Shown: positions 8,917 to 17,747, counted from the first letter of the stretch. The stretch is DNA of 32,000 bases from Candidatus Lokiarchaeum ossiferum (GCA_025839675.1 CP104013.1:1830001-1862000), one strand, 5' to 3'. The notes: generated by a model from the sequence alone, not told the origin. Program-made: numbers and translations.

Positions 8917-9654
8917 GTGGAATCCAATAACAATAATATTTTGCCCTCATCAGTTGGAAAATCATCGAGCACTTCGTGTATGATCTGCCACATGCCCATT
9001 GAACTGACAAATTTTGGTATGGGAGAAAATATTTTAGAGCAAAATTACGTTGGATGTCCTAATGCTCATTTAGTTCATCGAGAATGTTTAAAACGATGGA
9101 TTATTCATAGTCAAAACTGCCCAGTTTGTCATGAAAAGTATGATATTAAAATCATTCAAATTTTTGAAGAGTATGTTGCCCAAAAAGAAGCAGATAAGGA
9201 AAGATCAAAGCAACAAAAACAAGATTCACAACGAAAAACACTCGATCAACCAGAACAGATCGATCCAGAATTTGAAGAAAAGTTTAATCGTGCAGAAAAT
9301 TTAGCCAAACAGCAAAACTTTGAAGCGGCAATGAATATTTATTGGGATATCTTGGAACAGAATAAATATCCAAAAGATGATGGAAAAACTCTCCGGGTTG
9401 TTTTACACTTGGGATTAGCTTATTATAAAATGGGCAAATATGCTCAATGTATTCGCCAATTAATGAAAATAATAAAAATTGATTATAATTATCCATTGGT
9501 ATTTTACTTCCTAGGCTTAACTTATGAACAACTGGAAATGGCTGATAAAACAAAATGGGCAATGGAGAGAGCAAAAATTAATGCTGAAAAACTGTCCAGT
9601 AAAAATGATAAATACACCAAATATTTGGCTGATATTAAAAAAAGGTTAAAATAA
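8917..9654 (+). CDS. RING-H2 zinc-finger protein with C-terminal TPR-like repeats (putative E3 ubiquitin-ligase-like)
   Basis: Exact RING-H2 spacing C-x2-C-x22-C-x3-H-x2-H-x2-C-x10-C-x2-C in CMICHMPIELTNFGMGENILEQNYVGCPNAHLVHRECLKRWIIHSQNCPVC, including the conserved Trp (KRWI). C-terminal TPR-like helices (AENLAKQQNFEAAMNIYWDILEQN; LHLGLAYYKMGKYAQCIRQLMKIIKIDYNYPLVFYFLGLTYEQLEM). A GTG start at 8917 is required: an in-frame TAG lies at 8911-8913, and the first ATG falls inside the RING. Confidence 0.8.
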   Translation: MESNNNNILPSSVGKSSSTSCMICHMPIELTNFGMGENILEQNYVGCPNAHLVHRECLKRWIIHSQNCPVCHEKYDIKIIQIFEEYVAQKEADKERSKQQKQDSQRKTLDQPEQIDPEFEEKFNRAENLAKQQNFEAAMNIYWDILEQNKYPKDDGKTLRVVLHLGLAYYKMGKYAQCIRQLMKIIKIDYNYPLVFYFLGLTYEQLEMADKTKWAMERAKINAEKLSSKNDKYTKYLADIKKRLK

Positions 9655-9702
9655 ATATTGTAATTACAAAAAAAAATGAAATTAATTCTTTTTATTTATT
9701 TC

Positions 9703-10110
9703 TTATTCATTTCCAACGAAGGCACCAATGAAAGCTAATAGTCCCCCGACAAAGGATCCCATAAGTCCATAACCTACATGACCGGAAGAACCCCAGAAAA
9801 ATCCAAAATCACCAGCATCCAAGTAAAGAGTTACTAAAAAGAAAATAACACCAGCTAGAATTAAGAATCCACCTATAGCGCATGTGGCTTTTTTTGGAAT
9901 AAAACATAAAATTCCTCCGAGAACAACTAAAACGCCTGGAATTAAACCAAGAATATCCAATGGAGAGGGAATAATTGTTCCAGCACTACCACCAATTGAC
10001 GAAGTAAAAGTAGTACCGACATTATACCATCCAAGGAGACCTAGGAATAGGCTTCCAATAGCTCCAGCAAGGGCGAGTAAACCTCCCAATAACGAAAGTA
10101 TCTTTGCCAT
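9703..10110 (-). CDS. Small Gly-rich integral membrane protein (about 4 TM), unknown function
   Basis: ATG at 10110 gives MAKILSLLGGLLALAGAIGSLFLGLLGW. Four hydrophobic Gly/Leu/Ile-rich spans. The track start at 10152 adds 14 residues and is less likely. Confidence 0.5.
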   Translation of the reverse strand: MAKILSLLGGLLALAGAIGSLFLGLLGWYNVGTTFTSSIGGSAGTIIPSPLDILGLIPGVLVVLGGILCFIPKKATCAIGGFLILAGVIFFLVTLYLDAGDFGFFWGSSGHVGYGLMGSFVGGLLAFIGAFVGNE

Positions 10111-10216
10111 GTTTTCTAATATAAAGATTGACAAATAAAAAGCTTTAGGCACCCGACAATTTTTTAGTCTGCATTCAAGCTTTATTTTAAAAACTTACCC
10201 GATTGATGCATAATTA

Positions 10217-11308
10217 TTATAAAAAGATAATGTCGGTGATTAAAATTGACACGTTTATTTTCTGATCTATGGAAAATGAATCCATTTTATCAGAAGAAGG
10301 ACAGAAAATTTTTAAATAGAATGGTTTTGGCTCAAAAATTTCAACGATGAGATTAATTGACTCATTTGATCCAAATTGAAGAGATGTAATCTTCCCTTGG
10401 TGTTGAAATGATAAAGAGGATGGTATATCTGAGGATGGAGCATCAAATCCGATCTGGTGAATATGTAATAAGTGAGGAGGAAGCTGAATTCCAGTAATGG
10501 TGGAAGGAATAGGTATGGAAAATTCAATAGAACCTATGTCTGTGAAAATTTTAGAGATGTTCTCTAAAGTAGTGAAGGATGATACAGAAAATAAATTATC
10601 TAAACCCAAAATTTTCCCGATTACATAGTTTTTTGGATATTTTCTCAGCGATAAATAATCATCCACTTGTTGAATAGTTCCTCCATGAATAATCCCAATT
10701 TGATCAGCAATTAAACGAGCTTCTTCTTGGCTGTGGGTAACGTATAAAATGGTAGTTTTGGTAGTTCTCTGAACGCGTTGAATCATCAATGCTAAAGATT
10801 CACGATTAGAAGCATCGATACTGGATAAGGGTTCATCAAGTAACAAAATTTTTGGGGATACAACAAGGGCTCGCGCTAAAGCAACGCGTTGCTTCTGTCC
10901 TCCGCTTATCTCATGAGGATATCTGTTCAATATAGACTCAATTTGAGTAAGGTTGACAACATTGGAGATTAATTCAGGGATAACTTTTTTTGAAAATTTT
11001 TGAGCTAATAATCCAAATTCAATATTTTTCTTAATTGACATATGAGGAAAGAGCACTTGAGATTGAGGTACATATCCAATTTTCCGCTGTTGAGGATTTA
11101 AACTCGTTATATCTACATCATCAACGAAAATCCTTCCCTTTTCAGGTTCAATTATCCCACATATAATCTTCAGCAAAGTTGTTTTTCCACAGCCAGATTC
11201 CCCCAATAGAACTAAAATCTGTCCATTTTCTACAATAAGATCTAAATGATCTAGGATAAATTTATCATTGTATTTCATTTTTATATTTCTAAGTTCTAAT
11301 TTTGCCAT
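10217..11308 (-). CDS. thiQ: ABC transporter ATP-binding protein (thiamine/Fe3+-type importer ATPase)
   Basis: Walker A GESGCGKTT, signature ISGGQKQRVALARAL, Walker B LLLDEPLSSID, H-loop YVTHSQ, plus a C-terminal regulatory extension. ATG at 11308 lies 4 nt after the permease stop; the track start at 11338 is TTG. Substrate assignment comes from the upstream TPP riboswitch and a ThiB-like SBP. Confidence 0.8.
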   Translation of the reverse strand: MAKLELRNIKMKYNDKFILDHLDLIVENGQILVLLGESGCGKTTLLKIICGIIEPEKGRIFVDDVDITSLNPQQRKIGYVPQSQVLFPHMSIKKNIEFGLLAQKFSKKVIPELISNVVNLTQIESILNRYPHEISGGQKQRVALARALVVSPKILLLDEPLSSIDASNRESLALMIQRVQRTTKTTILYVTHSQEEARLIADQIGIIHGGTIQQVDDYLSLRKYPKNYVIGKILGLDNLFSVSSFTTLENISKIFTDIGSIEFSIPIPSTITGIQLPPHLLHIHQIGFDAPSSDIPSSLSFQHQGKITSLQFGSNESINLIVEIFEPKPFYLKIFCPSSDKMDSFSIDQKINVSILITDIIFL

Positions 11309-11312
11309 AAGT

Positions 11313-13082
11313 TTAAACCTTGAAATCGATGTCTCCAATTTTGTGAATAAAAAAAAAGCAAAGAACAGTAATAATAATTAGAATAGTTGCCATTGAAGCT
11401 GGTAATTGCAATGTTCTGGAAAACAAAAGTTTCGAAATTCCAATTGACAGAGTCCCATACTCAGATCGAGCTAAAAAATTAGTTGCCCCAAATTCTCCAA
11501 GACTAATGGCAAAGGAAAAGATGGCCCCCACAATCAAACCGTTTTTTATTAAAGGCAACTCAATTTTGCGAAAAATTTGTATACGCGAAGATCCTAAGGT
11601 TGCAGCAATATTCAACAAATCTAAATCGATGCGATTATAACTTGCTAGGATCGATCGAGTTGTAAATGGAATACTAATTAATACATGAGCGAGAATAATT
11701 ATGATCCAAACACTTCCGGCAAATAAAATAGAAGTTTGGAATTGTAAAAACAATCCAATAGCCAGAGTAATAGAAGATGTAGCCATTGGAATAATAATAA
11801 GAAACGAAATGAGACTGTCAGCCCGTGAAACTTGAAAATTATTTATTTTTTGGTAACGATTTCTTAACAAAAATACGATCATCAATGAAAAGAACAAAGT
11901 TGCGATCATCGTTAGACTCGCAAACCAAAAAGTATTCAATATTATCCGCATGGGGGAAGTTCCAAGTAATGAATTTGGAGAAAATGAAAATAATTGGCCA
12001 TAACCCCAAAAAATAGAGATACCGGATTTAAACGGAATAAATGAAGCAATAATTACAGCTAATATCGGTAGAATTGAAAACAATGCAACCAGTATGACAT
12101 GAATAATAAATAATGCTAAAAAAAGATTATTTTTCCAATGCTTCCTTGAAAATTGGATAGCAATTTTCGAAAAGGAGATATTCTTCCCCCTTGCCATTTG
12201 CCGAGTTTTCTTTTCAAAAAATAAATAGAGAATTATGACTAAGCTATTGATAAGTAATTGAAGTAAAGCTAATGATGCACCACCAGAAAAGTCAAACGAT
12301 GAAGTCATTAAACGATAAACACGCACTTCAATTGTTTGAAACCGAGCTTCTCCCAAATATAACACTATAGCAAAGCTATTGAAACAATATGTAAAAATGA
12401 GTAAAAATGATGACAAAATGTAATTAAATATCTGGGGAAGAATTATTTTGAAGAAACATACAAACCTATTGGCACCTAAAGATCGTGCAATCTCAATTTG
12501 TTCATAATCGATATTTTCCCAAGCAGGAATTAGCATTCTAATAACAACCGAGATATTATAAAACACATGAGCTAATAAAATTCCTTGAAAAGAACCAAAT
12601 AGTTTGATTAAGGGAAAATCGTTCTCTGTAATAATATTCCACAAAGTATTAATCCAACCATTCTCCCCATAAACGACAATAAAACCAAGGAGAACCACAA
12701 TGGAGGGAAGAACAAATGGAACAGTCATGATATTTAAAAGCAATTTTTTTCCTGGAAATGTATATTTTGCCATGAAAAAACTGATGGGAAACCCTAAAAG
12801 GAAACAAATCAAACTGGATAGAAGAGCTTGAAATATTGAAAAGCTTATCGCCGAAAGATTTAGAGAAGATGTAAAGATTTCTGAGAATTCGGAAAAAGAA
12901 AAGGTCTGATCTTTCACAAAAGCATATCGCATGATTTTTGATAGTGGAATATAAAAAAAGGCAAGCAAAAACGAACCAATTGCCAAAAAAGCAAAAATCA
13001 CTAAAAAACGATTATAAATAAGATTATAATCAGCCTTTTTTTTGGTGGATCCCTGATTTTTACCCAAAATTTGAGTTTTCAT
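11313..13082 (-). CDS. thiP: ABC transporter permease, duplicated (two-domain, ~12 TM) ThiP/FbpB-like
   Basis: 589 aa and highly hydrophobic, with two tandem permease halves. Each half has an EAA-like loop (IEIARSLGANRFVCFFKIILPQ and LNIAATLGSSRIQIFRKIELPL). Sits between the SBP and ATPase genes. Confidence 0.75.
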   Translation of the reverse strand: MKTQILGKNQGSTKKKADYNLIYNRFLVIFAFLAIGSFLLAFFYIPLSKIMRYAFVKDQTFSFSEFSEIFTSSLNLSAISFSIFQALLSSLICFLLGFPISFFMAKYTFPGKKLLLNIMTVPFVLPSIVVLLGFIVVYGENGWINTLWNIITENDFPLIKLFGSFQGILLAHVFYNISVVIRMLIPAWENIDYEQIEIARSLGANRFVCFFKIILPQIFNYILSSFLLIFTYCFNSFAIVLYLGEARFQTIEVRVYRLMTSSFDFSGGASLALLQLLINSLVIILYLFFEKKTRQMARGKNISFSKIAIQFSRKHWKNNLFLALFIIHVILVALFSILPILAVIIASFIPFKSGISIFWGYGQLFSFSPNSLLGTSPMRIILNTFWFASLTMIATLFFSLMIVFLLRNRYQKINNFQVSRADSLISFLIIIPMATSSITLAIGLFLQFQTSILFAGSVWIIIILAHVLISIPFTTRSILASYNRIDLDLLNIAATLGSSRIQIFRKIELPLIKNGLIVGAIFSFAISLGEFGATNFLARSEYGTLSIGISKLLFSRTLQLPASMATILIIITVLCFFFIHKIGDIDFKV

Positions 13083-13092
13083 TGCTAAATTC

Positions 13093-14334
13093 CTATGTAC
13101 GTTTTTTGAAAATTGTACTCATACCAATTCCAATCAATGAAGCAATCATGAAAAATCCACTTGAATAACCTGGAACAGACTTAGCAACAATCAATTCTTC
13201 CCAACCGACTTTCCAAGATTCGAGATTATCATTTAACATCTTAGGAGTGATTAAGTCATTGAGAATGGTGACATCAGCAGGACTAATTACAGCATCTGCG
13301 AATGTAGAAGAGACATTGACGTTGCTATTAGCCGGATACATCCAATTATGTTCTGCAATATTATTTTGTAATTCATCACTCAAAAACCAATCAATAAAAT
13401 CCTTGGCTTGGTCTTCATGAGGCGCATCCTTAACTAAACCTAACCCTTCAATTTGTAACCAAGCATTTTCTTGATTTTTTTCATGGGAAACAATCGCTTT
13501 TTGAGAAGGATCGTTATATAAGCAAGCACTGTATGCTGGACTTGTTCCATATGAAACCATCATAGATCGATTAGATCCTTCTTCATACCACTCAGTGAAG
13601 GCTGCCCCCCAACTTGGAGTAATTCGAATATCACTAGATGCTTTATTCCACCAATCACGCCAATCTTGGTTTAAGAGACCTTCAAATCCAATTGAAGGAT
13701 CTCCAAAAACTGCAATAGTCCACAATAAAAAACCCAAACCGGGTGAACTTAAGGTAGGATTCTCAACTATCAATTGTTTATCCAAATCATAATCGAGGAT
13801 ATCTTGTAAAGTCAATTCTTTAAGTTCTGGATTTGAAGTACTATTGATATTCATAGTATTATAATACAACGCAATTATTCCGTAATCATATGGCAAAACA
13901 TAAAAATCGGAGTCTAAATATTGAACTAAATCAGTAGAAATGTTTGATAAAGTAGGAGACTCATAAGGAGCTAAAATCTGCTGTGACTTAGCAGTGTGGA
14001 TCAAAACATTATCAATTCCAATAATAACATCCGCCACAGGATTTTCTTTCTCCAAAACAGCCCTAGAAACAATTGTATTTGCATCCTCTAAGTATTCTAT
14101 CTGAATACTGTCCTTCGAAATTCCACTATAGTTTGCATAGGCATCAATGAAATCATATTCTGGATCTGCTAAAAGTGATTCATATGTGTAAATTGTTAAT
14201 AATGTATCAGAACTCGACTCAAAATTGTTGTTAATACTTGCTGCAACAGAAATATTCCATCGGGATCCCACAAGAGGAACTAATATAAGGGCAAAAAGAA
14301 AGAATTTTGCACCATAATTCATTTTTTTTTTCAT
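13093..14334 (-). CDS. thiB: ABC transporter substrate-binding protein, thiamine-binding (ThiB/TbpA)-like, with C-terminal TM anchor
   Basis: Signal-like N-terminus MNYGAKFFLFALILVPLVGS. The blocks LTIYTYESL and AKDFIDWFLSDELQNNIAEHNWMYPAN resemble the TbpA block FMVSPAFQNAIPTGNWMYP as I recall it. First gene downstream of a TPP riboswitch. C-terminal VPGYSSGFFMIASLIGIGMSTIFKKRT anchor. Confidence 0.75.
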   Translation of the reverse strand: MKKKMNYGAKFFLFALILVPLVGSRWNISVAASINNNFESSSDTLLTIYTYESLLADPEYDFIDAYANYSGISKDSIQIEYLEDANTIVSRAVLEKENPVADVIIGIDNVLIHTAKSQQILAPYESPTLSNISTDLVQYLDSDFYVLPYDYGIIALYYNTMNINSTSNPELKELTLQDILDYDLDKQLIVENPTLSSPGLGFLLWTIAVFGDPSIGFEGLLNQDWRDWWNKASSDIRITPSWGAAFTEWYEEGSNRSMMVSYGTSPAYSACLYNDPSQKAIVSHEKNQENAWLQIEGLGLVKDAPHEDQAKDFIDWFLSDELQNNIAEHNWMYPANSNVNVSSTFADAVISPADVTILNDLITPKMLNDNLESWKVGWEELIVAKSVPGYSSGFFMIASLIGIGMSTIFKKRT

Positions 14335-14430
14335 CTGAGTAACGCACGCCTTTCAATTAATTATTTACCTTGTTTAAGAGAGACAATCACTACCAGTACA
14401 GCATAAGAAAGTAGCTTATATTTCTCCTTC

Positions 14431-14477
14431 CTATAAAAAAAATGTGACGCATAAAGAAACAGAGCACATTTTTATAG
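14431..14477 (-). terminator. Hairpin plus U8 tract immediately 3' of the TPP aptamer (candidate riboswitch expression platform / attenuator)
   Basis: The minus-strand RNA reads CUAUAAAAAUGUG-CUCUGUUUCUUUAUGCGU-CACAUUUUUUUUAUAG. This gives a 13-bp AU-rich stem with a 3-nt U bulge, or a 9-bp stem followed by U's. It starts 7 nt after the P1 3' strand and lies ~95 nt upstream of the thiB-like start codon. Confidence 0.3.
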
Positions 14478-14483
14478 TAAAGT

Positions 14484-14567
14484 TGTTTCCTTACGCTGGT
14501 ATTATCCAGAACAAGTTCAAGGGTATTTTCTCAGCCTGATTATGTGAAATATCAAGCACCCCTAACA
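14484..14567 (-). promoter_or_regulatory. TPP (thiamine pyrophosphate) riboswitch aptamer, THI-box
   Basis: The reverse complement reads UGUUAGGGGUGCUUGAUAUUUCACAUAAUCAGGCUGAGAAAAUACCCUUGAACUUGUUCUGGAUAAUACCAGCGUAAGGAAACA. It contains the conserved elements GGGGUGC, P3 hairpin CUUGAU/AUCAGG, CUGAGA, ACCC, CUGGAUAAUnCCAGCG and closing P1 UGUU/AACA. It aligns almost position for position with the E. coli thiM aptamer as I recall it. Located ~150 nt upstream of, and on the same strand as, the thiB-like gene. Confidence 0.85.
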
Positions 14568-14711
14568 TATATGTGATAATAAGTAAGTTCCTAAAAAGTA
14601 GAGATCTATTTTAAGTTATTCAATTGACTGATTAAAATCTTCCACTACGATGAAATTTTTTTGTTTACCTTATAAGTATGATTTATAAAACCACATTCAT
14701 TAAACAGCTGA

Positions 14712-16136
14712 ATGAAGTCAAAAATACTAGATTGGATCGATTCCCATAGGCAGACGATAATTGCCATTGGGCAAAAAATTTGGAAGACACCCGAAGTAGG
14801 GCTTTTAGAAACAAAATCATCCAAAGTTTTAGTTGAAGCATTAAAAACAGCAGGTTTCACAGTTAGAGAAAACCTTGCCAAAATGCCTACTGCATTTATT
14901 GCATCGTACGGAATTGGATTACCTATAATCGCAATAGTAGGGGAATTTGATGCCTTACCCAACTTAAATCAAGATACTACACCATTCAAAAACCCAATAA
15001 ATGAGGGAACGCCCGGACATGGATGCGGACATAATCTACTAGGTGCAGCAGGAGTTGGAGCATGTTTGGCAATAAAACAATTGATTGAAGCAGGAGAAAT
15101 TCAAGGAACAATCAGATTTTATGGTACACCAGCAGAAGAAATGTTTAATGCCAAAGGATACATGATCAAAGAAGGATTATTTGATGACGTAGATGTTGCA
15201 TTAACATGGCACCCTGCAGATATTAATTCGGTCACTTATATTACATCAAATGCCATGAATTCAGTGATCTTTAAATTCAAAGGAATCACCGCCCATGCTG
15301 CTGGAGATCCCTATAATGGAAGAAGTGCATTAGATGCTGTGGAACTAATGAATGTAGGTTGCAATTACTTACGTGAACACATGATTTCCGAAGCAAAAAT
15401 CCATTATTGTATTCTCAAAGGAGGGGATGCTCCAAATATCGTTCCTGCGAATGCTGAAGTCTGGTATTTTGTCCGATCTCCAAAACGTCATCAAGTGGAT
15501 GAGCTTTATGAACGAGTGATAAAAGTAGCAAAAGGGGCTGCCATGATGACCGAAACTGAATTGGAGATCGATGTTTTAAGTGGAACTTTTAATACGCGAT
15601 ATACCCCTTCGGTCCAAGAAATTATCGATCAAAATCTCACATTTGTCGGTCCCCCTAAATTTGATGTTGAAGACGTGCAATTTGCTTTAGAACTACAAAA
15701 AACCTTTCCTAAGGGTTCCGCGGAAGGACATCTTAAATACATCCCTAACAATCAATTAGAACAGATGAAAAATCTCATCAAAAAACCACTCTGTGATGAA
15801 ATAATATATAATTTTGGAAAGGGCAGTGTAATGGGTGGATCGACCGATGTAGGTGATTTATGCTGGAAAATGCCAACTGCAGAATTTATGGCATCTTGTA
15901 TGCCCATAGGAACACCAGGCCACTCATGGCAAATTACAGCATCTTCTGGAATGAGTATTGGCCATAAAGGAATGATTCTCGCGGCTAAAGTACTAGCATT
16001 ATCAGCACTTGATTTCATGACAAATTCTGATCTGGTTCATAAAGCCAAAGAAGATTTTAAGCAATGGACTGAAAATCGCCCTTATAAAGCGCCATTTCCC
16101 GAGGATTTAATCCCTCCCTTTCGTCAGTATAATTAA
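14712..16136 (+). CDS. M20-family metallo-amidohydrolase (AbgB / aminobenzoyl-glutamate-utilisation-B-like)
   Basis: Metal-binding block GTPGHGCGHNLLGAAG, which is characteristic of the AbgB-like M20 subgroup. Also FYGTPAEE, the dimerisation-domain region and a C-terminal GTPGHSWQ block. 474 aa. Confidence 0.75.
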   Translation: MKSKILDWIDSHRQTIIAIGQKIWKTPEVGLLETKSSKVLVEALKTAGFTVRENLAKMPTAFIASYGIGLPIIAIVGEFDALPNLNQDTTPFKNPINEGTPGHGCGHNLLGAAGVGACLAIKQLIEAGEIQGTIRFYGTPAEEMFNAKGYMIKEGLFDDVDVALTWHPADINSVTYITSNAMNSVIFKFKGITAHAAGDPYNGRSALDAVELMNVGCNYLREHMISEAKIHYCILKGGDAPNIVPANAEVWYFVRSPKRHQVDELYERVIKVAKGAAMMTETELEIDVLSGTFNTRYTPSVQEIIDQNLTFVGPPKFDVEDVQFALELQKTFPKGSAEGHLKYIPNNQLEQMKNLIKKPLCDEIIYNFGKGSVMGGSTDVGDLCWKMPTAEFMASCMPIGTPGHSWQITASSGMSIGHKGMILAAKVLALSALDFMTNSDLVHKAKEDFKQWTENRPYKAPFPEDLIPPFRQYN

Positions 16137-16208
16137 TAGAAAAATGAATTCATAACTTTTTTTTACATATTTTTATCTCAAATTGTTTCTATTAAAATTG
16201 TGAGATAA

Positions 16209-16850
16209 GTGGTTGAAAATAGATTATTCATGATTTGTGGTTCTCCTCAAATGGACTTAAACTTTATTGAAAGAATTATGGGTAAAAATTTAACGAATTT
16301 TGACGTATTTGCAGTGGATAAAGGATTAGAAATATGCAGTACATTAAATCTCCCTGTAAAAAAGATCATTGGAGATTTTGATTCAGTTGATCCGAAAATT
16401 CTTGATAGATATTCTTCTTCTTTAAAATGTAATTATCCTAAAGATAAGGATCAATCTGATACCGAAATTGCTATTTCAATTGCCCTAAAAGAAAATTATC
16501 AAGAGATTTTTCTATTAAATGCTGATGGGGCAAGGATGGATCACTTTTTATTTAATACCTTGCTCTTATTCATGGCCCCAATGCGGATCAAAATGATTAC
16601 TTCTTCAGGTACTTTAATAGCTTTAAAAGAAAGAAAGATAAATCAGTTCCATTTACAATCAAATTCAACATTTTCATTAATTCCATTAGAAAAATGTTCG
16701 GGGGTGTCGATTACAGGATGTAAATTCCCATTAAATGGCACTCAATTAAATTTAACTTCACTCACACTAAGTAACATAGCACTTGAAGTTGTAACCGTCC
16801 AACATGACAAAGGAAAATTATTATTCTTTTCGGAGGATCGCTTAATATGA
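16209..16850 (+). CDS. thiN: Thiamine pyrophosphokinase
   Basis: Catalytic-domain motifs GDFDS, KDQSDTEIAI (KD-x-[ST]-D-x-E) and DGARMDHFLFN (G-x-R-x-DH). C-terminal B1-binding-domain pattern FSLIPLEKCSGVSITGCKFPLNGTQLNLTSLTLSN. GTG start at 16209 (alternative ATG at 16230). Confidence 0.85.
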   Translation: MVENRLFMICGSPQMDLNFIERIMGKNLTNFDVFAVDKGLEICSTLNLPVKKIIGDFDSVDPKILDRYSSSLKCNYPKDKDQSDTEIAISIALKENYQEIFLLNADGARMDHFLFNTLLLFMAPMRIKMITSSGTLIALKERKINQFHLQSNSTFSLIPLEKCSGVSITGCKFPLNGTQLNLTSLTLSNIALEVVTVQHDKGKLLFFSEDRLI

Positions 16851-17605
16851 CCAATCCATTCTTAGATCCAGAAATTGCTAACGATTATGACACGATTTAT
16901 CGTACCCGGGAAGGGAAATACATAGATTATTTTGAAAAAGCTTCAATGGATAAACTACTAAGAAATCTTCCGCGAGGTAAATTGCTTGAAGTTGGATGCG
17001 GTACAGGACGTTGGAGCAATTTTTTTTCTTCGTTAGGCTTTGATGTTACTGGAATCGATAGTTCCCTCCCAATGCTAGAGATTGCGCGAAAGAAAAAACT
17101 TCCCTTTACCAACTTCATTCATACGAGCGGTGAGTCTTATTTTCTCCCAAAACCTCAAAATATTAAGTTAATCCGGAAAAAGGAAGGAATACTATCTCGG
17201 AAAAAATATGAAGATGAAAGTTGGAAATTCGATTCTTTGGCTTTGATGTTTTCATTGGAATTTATTGAAAATCTGGAACGAGTTTTTGAAAACTGCCTTC
17301 AATTTATAAATTCAAACGGTTTTATCATTATCGGCCTTTTTAATTCAAAATCTGATCAGGTTTCTCGAATTTTGAGTAAAAAAACCTTCCCCTATGCCCA
17401 TCTTAGATCTTTAACAGAAATTTCGCAATTTTTATCGAAATATGGGAAAGTTTCGGTTGAGAAATGTATTTTTCCCACTTTTCAAGATTATTCATCATCA
17501 TCTCTTTTTGATTTAATAGAACAGGAGCATTTGATGAAAGAAAACCGTGAAAGATCTAACTTAATTTACTTCATTTTAATCAAAATCTCACACGAACAAA
17601 GTTAG
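16847..17605 (+). CDS. Class I SAM-dependent methyltransferase
   Basis: Motif I LLEVGCGTGRWS, followed by the acidic post-I residue in DVTGIDSS. The start overlaps the TPK stop (ATGA at 16847-16850). Substrate unknown. Confidence 0.7.
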   Translation: MTNPFLDPEIANDYDTIYRTREGKYIDYFEKASMDKLLRNLPRGKLLEVGCGTGRWSNFFSSLGFDVTGIDSSLPMLEIARKKKLPFTNFIHTSGESYFLPKPQNIKLIRKKEGILSRKKYEDESWKFDSLALMFSLEFIENLERVFENCLQFINSNGFIIIGLFNSKSDQVSRILSKKTFPYAHLRSLTEISQFLSKYGKVSVEKCIFPTFQDYSSSSLFDLIEQEHLMKENRERSNLIYFILIKISHEQS

Positions 17606-17747
17606 GGCAAAAAAAAAATTTAATTTCTTTTAAAAAATATCTTGCTAAATTATGGGCTCAATTTGTTTTTTGATGGAATCCGACCTTTCTATAGTAAATC
17701 GATACAATCGCATATAAAAAATTACTGAACGATTGGAGAAAGGATTT

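Noticed and set aside
14645-14962. 105-aa minus-strand ORF reaching into the riboswitch-containing intergenic region
   Set aside because: It is mostly antisense to the conserved N-terminus of the M20 amidohydrolase and has no start-site context. The riboswitch is better explained as the leader of the thiB-like gene.
17668-17728. Candidate C/D-box sRNA (TGATGG ... CTGA about 55 nt apart) upstream of the ABC-2 ATPase gene
   Set aside because: The C box is imperfect (UGAUGG). No internal D'/C' boxes sit at the expected 12-nt guide spacing, and there is no terminal stem. The region is more likely promoter (TATA-like CATATAAAAAAT at ~17710-17722).
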